Shown: piece after piece, positions 17,700-24,633 of the stretch | Position numbering within the stretch: the first letter of the stretch is position 1 | How the letters are laid out: every line of letters begins with the position of its first letter | Source of the DNA: Prochlorococcus marinus str. NATL2A | Lineage (GTDB): Bacteria > Cyanobacteriota > Cyanobacteriia > PCC-6307 > Cyanobiaceae | Assembly: GCF_000012465.1 (NCBI RefSeq) | Contig: NC_007335.2 | Span: 1,050,001-1,082,000, forward strand | Direction: 5' to 3' | DNA: 32,000 nucleotides | Notes under the pieces: model-generated | Databases searched by the model: none | What the model was told of the DNA's origin: nothing | What the model saw: the letters and a program-made list of their open reading frames with translations, nothing else | Translations under genes and position numbers: made by a program

Positions 17700-17948
17700 C
17701 TAGGGGCATTTGGTAAAGAGAACTTCAAACATTATTTTTAGCCGCTTTTCATGCCCAGACAGAATTTGTTTCACTTCCTCACTATGAACAAGTTTGATTT
17801 CGCCTGAATCAAGGTTTGTGACTTGAAAAGGTTTGGAGGCAGCTGGGTCTCTAGCTCCTACAACAAATGAAAGAACTTTCGCAATCTCATCTTCATTAAC
17901 AAGAACGGTATCTCCAAGTTTAACTTTTAGAAATTTAGGCTAACTCAT
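17700..17948 (-). pseudogene. Disrupted N-domain ORF homologous to residues 1-63 of 29647..30405
   Basis: ATG-AGT-TAG, then 79 open codons: PKFLKVKLGDTVLVNEDEIAKVLSFVVGARDPAASKPFQVTNLDSGEIKLVHSEEVKQIL. No alternative start follows the TAG. Confidence 0.6.
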
Positions 17949-18096
17949 CTTTTTATTTTGTGCCGTTTCTGATTAATGGTTTCTTTGGAAAAAAGGACGT
18001 GACTAATAGATCAAAAAACTTTTCCTAGTAAGACGAATCAACCTCCACCAACATAGATGAGTAGGTTTGCTTGTTTAGAGACTTCAAGGATTGAAA

Positions 18097-18189
18097 TCAA
18101 TCTTTTTTTAATTTTCTTGCGATCAAGACAAAAGATAGTGCCCCTGAGACAAGGACAATATCAACAAGCAAGTGATAGTTTATATCCAT
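18097..18189 (-). CDS. 30-aa membrane peptide
   Basis: MDINYHLLVDIVLVSGALSFVLIARKLKKD. Starts 2 nt after the stop of 18192..18395. Confidence 0.35.
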   Translation of the reverse strand: MDINYHLLVDIVLVSGALSFVLIARKLKKD

Positions 18190-18191
18190 TC

Positions 18192-18395
18192 CTATTTAAG
18201 AAAAGGAAGAAATTTGCTGAAGGTTGCAGGAAATGATCCAATGATCAGAGCCAACACTCCAAGGACAACAGCCACAATCGCAGCATCTACTAAAAGATCC
18301 TTCCAGTTATATTTCATAAACGCATCATATTGCTTTTCCTGTTTAATTTTGATGGGATTAAAAACCAGCTTTAACGGTTGAGATAAATCTTGCAT
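18192..18395 (-). CDS. Hypothetical membrane protein (67 aa)
   Basis: ATG inside track ORF 18192..18410; TM segment LLVDAAIVAVVLGVLALIIGSF. The overlapping plus-strand ORF 18172..18381 looks spurious. Confidence 0.5.
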   Translation of the reverse strand: MQDLSQPLKLVFNPIKIKQEKQYDAFMKYNWKDLLVDAAIVAVVLGVLALIIGSFPATFSKFLPFLK

Positions 18396-18730
18396 CACTG
18401 TATAACCCACCCTCGATTCTAAAAGTAATAGTGATTTCTAAAGCAAGAACCTATGATGATCACCCATACCATCAAGTGGGTAGTCGTTTTCAAGCTGTTC
18501 AACAACTTTAGTTGAAATATTAAATTTACTAATTAAGTTAAAGATCCTTTTGTTAATCAAACGAAAAATGAAGGCCATAAAACTTTTCAAGTTGTGTTTG
18601 TTATAACCACAAGCCCGATACTTGCAAGTAGTTAATACGGAAAAGAAGTTTTATTTAGGTACAACAAAAATCTGATTAAGGTTTCCCAACCACTGTTATG
18701 CAATGGTTTATTTGTTAGACGAGTGTTTAA

Positions 18731-18958
18731 ATGTGCAGGCGAGCTTCGACACTCTTGCATAATTTACTTTTTCTCTCTCTGACAGTATTACTTAGAGGAT
18801 GCATCACTTCTTGAAGTGAAGCTGGAGGAAGCTATCCAACCGGTTGGAATCCATCTTTTCCTGGTCAGCCAGGAACTTTCACTTGTGATGGTGCTTCTGG
18901 CCAATATGCTTAATTCTATTGCGAGACAGGTGAACACCCCAACATGTGTGATTGCTAG
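18731..18958 (+). pseudogene. Interrupted lipoprotein-like, Cys/Gly/Pro-rich peptide gene
   Basis: One frame reads MCRRASTLLHNLLFLSLTVLLRGCITS*SEAGGSYPTGWNPSFPGQPGTFTCDGASGQYA*FYCETGEHPNMCDC*. In-frame TGA at 18812 and TAA at 18911. The stretch is visibly richer in G+C than its flanks. Confidence 0.4.
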
Positions 18959-18966
18959 GTAATTGT

Positions 18967-19188
18967 CTAAGACTTAATTAATTGATAGCCTTTCACGAGG
19001 TTATATAGCCCCCATCCAAAACCTCCAAGTACAAGGCCATAAAAAACAAATGGAACTATTGGATTTTTATACAAAAAAGACCTAACTTTTTTTTGAATAT
19101 TTTCTTTATCAAGTACCGGCAACTTTAACTCAACTGGTTTTTCTCTTGGAGGGAGTCCCAATTCTTTTCTTCTTTTAGCTTCTCCCAT
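18967..19188 (-). CDS. Small membrane protein, MGEAKRRKELGLPPREK family (73 aa)
   Basis: ORF track; paralog of 6929..7111. Confidence 0.6.
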   Translation of the reverse strand: MGEAKRRKELGLPPREKPVELKLPVLDKENIQKKVRSFLYKNPIVPFVFYGLVLGGFGWGLYNLVKGYQLIKS

Positions 19189-19283
19189 AAAAAAAGAGGA
19201 CGTAATTCTCTAAAGATAAATCGGAGTTAGTCTTTGGCTTAAAAAGATTTAGACGGTTTAATAAAAAAAATCATTCATTAAGC

Positions 19284-19439
19284 ATGACTGAAAAAGTTGA
19301 CCCAAAAGAATATGAGGCCGCATGGGAATCTGTTTTAGATTGCGTGGATGGGATGAAAGAAGAGTTCAGTTGGTCAAAAGATGTAATTGCCAAGATGCTT
19401 AGAGAACTTGCTGAAAAAGTAGAAAGCGAAGAGGGCTAA
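19284..19439 (+). CDS. Acidic 51-aa protein
   Basis: MTEKVDPKEYEAAWESVLDCVDGMKEEFSWSKDVIAKMLRELAEKVESEEG. A terminator follows. Confidence 0.45.
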   Translation: MTEKVDPKEYEAAWESVLDCVDGMKEEFSWSKDVIAKMLRELAEKVESEEG

Positions 19440-19516
19440 AAAAGATTAAAATAATTTCATCAAGTTAACGACTTAGCTCTGCTAGCAACTGCTAGCTCAG
19501 GTCTAAGAAGTAAAAG

Positions 19517-19542
19517 ACCTCCCCTAAAAAGGAGGTTTTTTT
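19517..19542 (+). terminator. Intrinsic terminator
   Basis: acctcc-cctaaaaa-ggaggt followed by T7. Confidence 0.7.
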
Positions 19543-19780
19543 GCGTGTGTTGCTCTGGTTGGTGATATGAATTGACAATCTCTTTGATTTTCGAAGCATG
19601 AACTCAACCTAGTTCTCCTTTGTCCAATTCATTGGTATTACTTAATTCGTATAGATTTTAAGGGCCACCAACTTTTTTAAATTAGCAAATTTTATACATG
19701 CGAAATACATTATGTGAATACCCTCTAAGTAAAACAAATAATTAATTCTAGAAAGGGATAATTAAATCTATTCTGAGCAA

Positions 19781-19945
19781 ATGGGACAAGAGCTTAATCA
19801 TCAAGTAATAGCGAGAAATTTAGCAAAGGCTATGGCAGACAAGGCAAATCAAAATGAACTTAGAAGGTTGTACGAAGAGACAATGTATCAGCAGTTCATC
19901 TCAATGGAAAAAAGTGAATTATCTGAGCTTTTATGGCATGGATAA
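19781..19945 (+). CDS. Hypothetical 54-aa protein
   Basis: MGQELNHQVIARNLAKAMADKANQNELRRLYEETMYQQFISMEKSELSELLWHG. Confidence 0.4.
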   Translation: MGQELNHQVIARNLAKAMADKANQNELRRLYEETMYQQFISMEKSELSELLWHG

Positions 19946-19998
19946 TCAAACTCAAACACTTGGGTTTTAGAATTTAAAAAATCTTGTATTAGCAAATC

Positions 19999-20187
19999 AT
20001 GCAATATCTTTTTGGTCTTACTCTTTCAGAAATGGGAATAAGTCCTTTATTACTCGCCATAATAATTTCCTTTAGCATTTTATTTATCGTTGCCTTTGGT
20101 CTTAGCTCAAAAAATATGGATAGTGATGGAATTATGAATTGGATGATGAAAAAGCCTGAAGACTGGATAGGAAATAAAAAGTCATAA
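19999..20187 (+). CDS. Hypothetical membrane protein (62 aa)
   Basis: ORF track; TM segment ISPLLLAIIISFSILFIVAFGL. Preferred over the fully overlapping minus-strand ORF 19989..20192. Confidence 0.35.
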   Translation: MQYLFGLTLSEMGISPLLLAIIISFSILFIVAFGLSSKNMDSDGIMNWMMKKPEDWIGNKKS

Positions 20188-20391
20188 CGCATCCGTCAAA
20201 CTTTCTTGTTCAATTTCCTTTAACTTTAGGTTGATATCGTTCAATCTATTTTTAGCCATAGAAATATATTCTTCTGCACCGTATCTTCCTTCAAAGGTTT
20301 TAGTTTCTCCTTGAAGAAATTCCTTGTACATTTTTATATCCCTCTCCCATTGATTTCTGGCTTCAATTAAAGATTTATATTGACTACTCAT
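20182..20391 (-). CDS. Hypothetical coiled-coil-like protein (69 aa)
   Basis: ORF track; ATG start. Confidence 0.5.
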   Translation of the reverse strand: MSSQYKSLIEARNQWERDIKMYKEFLQGETKTFEGRYGAEEYISMAKNRLNDINLKLKEIEQESLTDAL

Positions 20392-20400
20392 TTTAGATAT

Positions 20401-20712
20401 TCAAAAAATTGTTTGATTGGGCTTAGAAGTAACAAAAAATGAAATAAATGAAATTATGTTTGCACTCAAGCGACCCATAGGTGTTGAGATTGATAAAGAT
20501 CTTTCAAAATTCCTAACTAAATCTAATCTTGACTGCTTTATGGTCTTTTCACCTCTGGTATTTAAAATGTCTTCAATTATCTTATGCATTTGCTCATGCA
20601 TGGGGTGTGAGTTGTTAATACTCCAATATCTATCTAAAGCATGAAGCTTACTATTACTAAAACATTCCGCTCGACTTTTAAAGAAGACAGAATCAGCAGA
20701 TGACAAGAACAT
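20401..20712 (-). CDS. Hypothetical protein (103 aa from the first ATG)
   Basis: Track ORF 20401..20766 starts at TTG; the first ATG is at 20712. Confidence 0.5.
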   Translation of the reverse strand: MFLSSADSVFFKSRAECFSNSKLHALDRYWSINNSHPMHEQMHKIIEDILNTRGEKTIKQSRLDLVRNFERSLSISTPMGRLSANIISFISFFVTSKPNQTIF

Positions 20713-20799
20713 ATACTTTCCTAGGCATGAAAAATATGTTTTTTTAATTTTCGCTCCTACTAGCAAAAACAGTCTAGAAAAAATGAAACAAAACCTTGT

Positions 20800-20976
20800 T
20801 TCTTATTTACATTAAGGCATCGTTATGCAAATGCTTCGCATGAAGCTGGTATTCCTTTAGCTAACATTCCGGCTGCTATGGATCACACCACAGAAGTGCA
20901 TCATCAAAGTTATGAAAGATTCATTCCAGACGGTACGGTTGATCTGTATGCCAAGTGCAACGCGAGGGCCTCATAA
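20800..20976 (+). pseudogene. C-terminal remnant of a tyrosine recombinase (phage-type integrase)
   Basis: FTLRHRYANASHEAGIPLANIPAAMDHTTEVHHQSYERFIPDGTVDLYAKCNARAS* carries the box II pattern (LRH...G......GH......Y). There is no N-terminal part or start codon. Confidence 0.65.
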
Positions 20977-20978
20977 AT

Positions 20979-21125
20979 ATGGAAAAAAGACTCAACTCGC
21001 TCAAATACTTTGCTCCTCTAGTTCAGATAGTCCTATGCCCTGTAACTATTCTGTTTTTATGGACTGTGTTTACAGGTTCTGAAGTAATCCCTGAAGTTAA
21101 GGAAGAATCAGTTCGTAAAGAATAG
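20979..21125 (+). CDS. 48-aa membrane peptide
   Basis: MEKRLNSLKYFAPLVQIVLCPVTILFLWTVFTGSEVIPEVKEESVRKE. Confidence 0.4.
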   Translation: MEKRLNSLKYFAPLVQIVLCPVTILFLWTVFTGSEVIPEVKEESVRKE

Positions 21126-21156
21126 AAAAACGTCTAATATTGACATCTCATCAAAA

Positions 21157-21372
21157 GTGACTGAAATTAATTCTCAAGTGTTAATTCAATCAGAGAAACC
21201 CGTGGACTTTAATACCACCAAAACACAAGAAGGTTTTTTATCTAAAATATTTTCTCTTATGAATAAGAACCCCAATTACAAAATGTTGGGAGCACTTGGA
21301 ATGATGCTAGTGAATTTTTCTGTCTGCGTAACAATCGCTAATTGGCTAAAACATTCAAGTCTGGTTTCCTAA
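21157..21372 (+). CDS. Hypothetical protein (71 aa, GTG start)
   Basis: ORF track only; C-terminal hydrophobic segment. Confidence 0.3.
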   Translation: MTEINSQVLIQSEKPVDFNTTKTQEGFLSKIFSLMNKNPNYKMLGALGMMLVNFSVCVTIANWLKHSSLVS

Positions 21373-21401
21373 GGGGCAAAAGGTTTAGTCATAATGAGAG
21401 C

Positions 21402-21668
21402 ATGGCACTAGATCAACTCAAGGCTTTTCTTACAGAGCTTCAAAAAAATAAAGAATTACTCAATGCCATAAGAGTTGCTGCTACCGCGAATGAAATTGCA
21501 GAAATAGCATCGGGATTTGGTTATCAATTTTCTGGTAATGAATTAAAAGCAGCCTCAAAAGAGAATATTCCTGGTGTAAAAATCAAAAAACAAGACACAT
21601 CTCCCTCTTATAGCTTTGGTGAGAGTGGAATAGATCCAAATGAAAAAAATTATAAAAGTGGTAACTAA
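21402..21668 (+). CDS. Nif11-like leader-peptide domain protein (88 aa)
   Basis: MALDQLKAFLTELQKNKELLNAIRVAATANEIAEIASGFGYQFSGNELKA matches the Nif11/N11P leader pattern (LKAFLEKv..d..L...l......e.v.iA...Gf.f...eL). The track ORF begins at an upstream TTG. Confidence 0.7.
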   Translation: MALDQLKAFLTELQKNKELLNAIRVAATANEIAEIASGFGYQFSGNELKAASKENIPGVKIKKQDTSPSYSFGESGIDPNEKNYKSGN

Positions 21669-21754
21669 TGGGAATAGCAATCACATATGCCATTGCAAAT
21701 CTTTCAGTCCTTGGAATTTCTTTTTATATCACTTATAGAATGACCAGAAAATAA
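21668..21754 (+). CDS. 28-aa membrane peptide, start overlapping the Nif11-like stop (TAATG)
   Basis: MGIAITYAIANLSVLGISFYITYRMTRK. Confidence 0.4.
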   Translation: MGIAITYAIANLSVLGISFYITYRMTRK

Positions 21755-21840
21755 AAACCTTTATATGAAAAATCAATAACAAAAAAATATAGTCAATTTA
21801 ATTTATTTTAAATGTGAGATGTTCTTAAAACAGAAATTAA

Positions 21841-21960
21841 TTAGCCGAATTTAGAAGCAACAAAGATAGCAAGTATGGATAGTTTTGCAGCGATGCCAAA
21901 AGCAATTACTTTTCCAAAACTTGAACCATCTCTTGTCTTAGATGTATCAGCTGAAGTCAT
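21841..21960 (-). CDS. 39-aa membrane peptide (MTS... start)
   Basis: MTSADTSKTRDGSSFGKVIAFGIAAKLSILAIFVASKFG. Paralog-like to 16570..16686. Confidence 0.45.
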   Translation of the reverse strand: MTSADTSKTRDGSSFGKVIAFGIAAKLSILAIFVASKFG

Positions 21961-22081
21961 GAGAAAGAATAAGTTGAACCTCGAGCGGTGTTAAATCACT
22001 ATTTTCTATTCCCCAAAGCTCGCCATTGTCTGAAGCTTCAAGGATGGATTCGTAAAAATCAGGTGAAAAATTTGAAGGCAT
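21947..22081 (-). CDS. Acidic 44-aa peptide
   Basis: MPSNFSPDFYESILEASDNGELWGIENSDLTPLEVQLILSHDFS. Overlaps the next ORF by 14 nt. Confidence 0.4.
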   Translation of the reverse strand: MPSNFSPDFYESILEASDNGELWGIENSDLTPLEVQLILSHDFS

Positions 22082-22089
22082 TGTTTTAA

Positions 22090-22200
22090 TTAAACAATTA
22101 CAGAAGAAGCAACATCAAAAGAACCTGATGCAAGTAGAAGAGCAGGGATGCAGAAAAGAGCTAGGAACTTAGCTGCTGAAGAATTATCGATTGAAGTCAT
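22090..22200 (-). CDS. 36-aa membrane peptide (LWNLPALLLLA family)
   Basis: MTSIDNSSAAKFLALFCIPALLLASGSFDVASSVIV. Confidence 0.5.
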   Translation of the reverse strand: MTSIDNSSAAKFLALFCIPALLLASGSFDVASSVIV

Positions 22201-22294
22201 TTCAGGTAGGGGGTGATGATTTTTCGGTGATACAGGGGTTGAACATTCCATTCACCGATGTGACAAATATAAAAAGTAGTCTTTAAGTAGTGAT

Positions 22295-22450
22295 GTTCGG
22301 TCGAGGTAGTGCTTTCCACTCCCTTCGTACAAATGGGAGAAGAGGACGAACGTCTAGCAGGTAGGGCCCATGAAACTCTTTACTCCTTTCACCATTTCAG
22401 AAAAAGACAACTGAGATCGTTGGAGAGTTATAACTAACAGAAGAAGAGAA
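22295..22450 (+). repeat. Noncoding repeat family, copy A
   Basis: Shares gtagtgctttc, a CUCCC/GGGAG hairpin with an ACAAAU loop, actcctttcaccatt and aaaaagacaa..g.gatc.tt....a.tt..aactaac with copies B and C. Its first 18 nt, read on the minus strand, are the upstream motif for 22090..22200 (-10 TATATT at 22266..22271). Confidence 0.7.
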
Positions 22451-22598
22451 GATGAGAACCCATTTAGGACAAACCACTTCGATAATTAAATAAGCTTTTC
22501 TTATAAATAAAATTAATTCTCATAATCAGAACGAGTGGGTAAAAACTCACAGTACAGTAAAGTTTTCTTTATATTTATTTTATATTTAGAGTACAACC

Positions 22599-22706
22599 AT
22601 GACTCCTGAAGCAGAAAAGTTTAACGGTTGGGCAGCAATGCTCGGTTTCGTTGCAGCCTTTGGTGCATATGCAACAACAGGTCAAATCATTCCTGGAATC
22701 TTCTAA
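22599..22706 (+). CDS. hli: HLIP, 35 aa
   Basis: MTPEAEKFNGWAAMLGFVAAFGAYATTGQIIPGIF. Confidence 0.85.
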   Translation: MTPEAEKFNGWAAMLGFVAAFGAYATTGQIIPGIF

Positions 22707-22772
22707 ATGGAGCTCAACCCATTTAAGCCTTATCAACAATTTTTTCAAAAATTATTGAAAAGATCTAATAAA

Positions 22773-22804
22773 AATTCTTAACGGTCTGGTTAAGAATTTT
22801 TTTA
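22773..22804 (+). terminator. Intrinsic terminator
   Basis: aattcttaac-ggtctg-gttaagaatt followed by a T-run. Confidence 0.7.
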
Positions 22805-23003
22805 TTGGAATTTATTAACGACTAAAGATTCTATAAAACATTTGAAAAGTCTTGCCGTAAAAAATAGAACACGACGGTAATGCAGTTATCTTCCTTCAGG
22901 TAACTAAATTTGAAATTTTCATCAAAATTTTCTAAAGCAATAAAAAGGCCTCTTCCGTAATGACAGAGAAGAGGCCTTTTTTTATTTGATTTGAAAGGTA
23001 GGA

Positions 23004-23129
23004 CTATACAATTCCTGGGATGATCCAGCCTGTAATTCCGTAATTAATGACTGCTGCAAAGAAGCCCATCATCGCTAGACGACCGTTCATTTGCTCTGCT
23101 GTTTTCCAGTAGTTAGTTTCTTTGTTCAT
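23004..23129 (-). CDS. hli: HLIP, 41 aa (copy of 5020..5145)
   Basis: Identical sequence at offset +17,984. Confidence 0.85.
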   Translation of the reverse strand: MNKETNYWKTAEQMNGRLAMMGFFAAVINYGITGWIIPGIV

Positions 23130-23275
23130 TACACAACACCTGGGATAATTTGACCTGTTGTTAGATATGCACCGATGAGTGCCCAGCATCCAACAAAAGC
23201 TGCGTAGCCATTGAGTCTTTCTGCAATGACTTTGCCTTCTTCTACTCTTGGAGTTTCAGTCGTTTGGTTTTTCAT
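23129..23275 (-). CDS. hli: HLIP, 48 aa (copy of 5145..5291)
   Basis: Identical sequence at offset +17,984. Confidence 0.8.
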   Translation of the reverse strand: MKNQTTETPRVEEGKVIAERLNGYAAFVGCWALIGAYLTTGQIIPGVV

Positions 23276-23394
23276 TAAACAACACCTGGGATAAGTTGAC
23301 CGGTTGTTAGGTAGATACCTGTTAGAAGAACGAATGCCATCATGGCTGGTCTGCCGATGCTTCTTTCTAGGATTGTTTTGTTAGATGGTTGCAT
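23275..23394 (-). CDS. hli: HLIP-like, 39 aa (copy of 5291..5410)
   Basis: Identical sequence at offset +17,984. Confidence 0.7.
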   Translation of the reverse strand: MQPSNKTILERSIGRPAMMAFVLLTGIYLTTGQLIPGVV

Positions 23395-23428
23395 TGTTTT
23401 TAATAGTTACTTATTAGTAGTTATTGGT

Positions 23429-23644
23429 TTAGAAAATTCCAGGAATGATTTGACCTGTTGTGAAGTATGAAACCAAAAGGCTGACCATCCCGATCATTGC
23501 CCAACGGCCATTTGTCTTCTCAGCTTCTTCTGGATAGCTGGTGTAGTCCTCTACAAGCTGTGGCTGTGTTTCACGGCCAAAGATGTTTTGCTTGCCGTAC
23601 TCAGTGATTACCTGAGAAGAAGCTGCGTTGGAAGAAGTTGTCAT
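23429..23644 (-). CDS. hli: HLIP, 71 aa (copy of 5445..5660)
   Basis: ORF track protein identical to 5445..5660. Confidence 0.9.
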   Translation of the reverse strand: MTTSSNAASSQVITEYGKQNIFGRETQPQLVEDYTSYPEEAEKTNGRWAMIGMVSLLVSYFTTGQIIPGIF

Positions 23645-23926
23645 TACTGGGATTGCGTTGATGTGAATGAATGTAAAGTATGAATTTTCTAAATGAAAGA
23701 TACGGTCGGGTACGGCTTCTTCTAATAATCAATAAAAATAAGTCTCAAACACTAAATACAACAACTACTTAGAGAGATATTGATCCAATGATTAGATCTA
23801 TTGATGACTCTAATAAGTATAAATAGCCCGAACTGGATAGCCCTACTTCAACCGTCCTACTACTATTAAAAGCTTCTATTATGTTTTATTCATCTTTTTT
23901 AAATCTACTAAACCAGACTTTTAGTC

Positions 23927-24037
23927 ATGCTTGCAATCAACAAAACTACTGCTGCAAAACTAATCATTCTCTGGAATCTTCCTGCACTACTTTTATTAGC
24001 TAGTGCTTATGAAGTTGGTACTACCGTATTTGCTTAA
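23927..24037 (+). CDS. 36-aa membrane peptide (copy of 5943..6053)
   Basis: Identical sequence at offset +17,984. Confidence 0.55.
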   Translation: MLAINKTTAAKLIILWNLPALLLLASAYEVGTTVFA

Positions 24038-24043
24038 CTCACA

Positions 24044-24208
24044 ATGACATCATCTAAAAACAGCCCAAAAAATTGGTCCGAGTGGAACAACGCGAAGCAT
24101 TTCACTGATTATTCAAGAGATTCAGGCACAGGCAAATTTGTTCGCTTTACGATTGCTGCCTTACTCTTCGTTCCTGTTGGGTTCCTTGCTTACATGACAA
24201 CGATCTAG
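24044..24208 (+). CDS. 54-aa membrane peptide (copy of 6060..6224)
   Basis: Identical sequence at offset +17,984. Confidence 0.5.
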   Translation: MTSSKNSPKNWSEWNNAKHFTDYSRDSGTGKFVRFTIAALLFVPVGFLAYMTTI

Positions 24209-24438
24209 GTTATTAAAGCAACCTAAAACAATTGATTGAATACTATTTAGACTGGTTTTTATTGGTCTGTAAGCTTTTTGAGTTGTTCAAGTTAATAAAA
24301 AAATTTAAAGTCTAAACCTGAGAGAAGAAGGGGGTCAGATTGACTGAAGATTGAGAAAATAATAATCAGAATTTTCTCTCAAACAATCGAATTTAGAGAT
24401 TTTATTAACTTTACTCATCAGAGAGTTGATTAAAACAA

Positions 24439-24633
24439 TTAAATTTTAGAAGTATGATTAAGAAGATATTTTGAATAACTTTCTTTAAGTTGTTTAACTT
24501 GACATCCATTCTGCAATAGAAAATCCGTTAAAGCAGAATTGATAAAACTTTGTCTATCAAAGTCAGAACTTGATTCAATAAAATTCTTCATCTCTGAGAA
24601 AAGGAGCTCTGGAATCTCTGTCTCTAAGCTCAT
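24439..24633 (-). CDS. Small protein, DUF2811-like (64 aa)
   Basis: IPELLFSEMKNFIESSSDFDRQSFINSALTDFLLQNG. Paralog of the upstream ORF, with an ATGA overlap. Confidence 0.6.
   Translation of the reverse strand: MSLETEIPELLFSEMKNFIESSSDFDRQSFINSALTDFLLQNGCQVKQLKESYSKYLLNHTSKI

Larger units (their letters stand above)
22931..24242. repeat. Copy 2 of the 1,312-bp direct repeat
   Basis: Identical to 4947..6258 wherever compared. Includes the terminator at 22946..22983. Confidence 0.9.

Noticed and set aside
19989-20192. 67-aa minus-strand ORF fully overlapping 19999..20187(+).
   Set aside because: The plus-strand product has a clean TM helix and more typical composition. Only one of the two is likely to be real, and the evidence is weak either way.
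22334-22438. 34-aa ORF (MGEEDERLAGRAHETLYSFHHFRKRQLRSLESYN) inside repeat copy A, whose C-terminal part appears conserved as YSFHH.../HSFHH.../YSLHY... in copies B and C.
   Set aside because: Copies B and C have in-frame stops 4-7 codons upstream of the conserved block and no start codon. Substitutions are not biased toward third positions. The conservation is better explained at the nucleotide or RNA level.
22568-22586. TTTATATT-tat-TTTATATT upstream of the hli gene at 22599, as a second HLR1 site.
   Set aside because: It is pure A/T low-complexity sequence that also resembles a -10 box, and the spacer is 3 nt rather than 2. It is mentioned only as a weak analogue.
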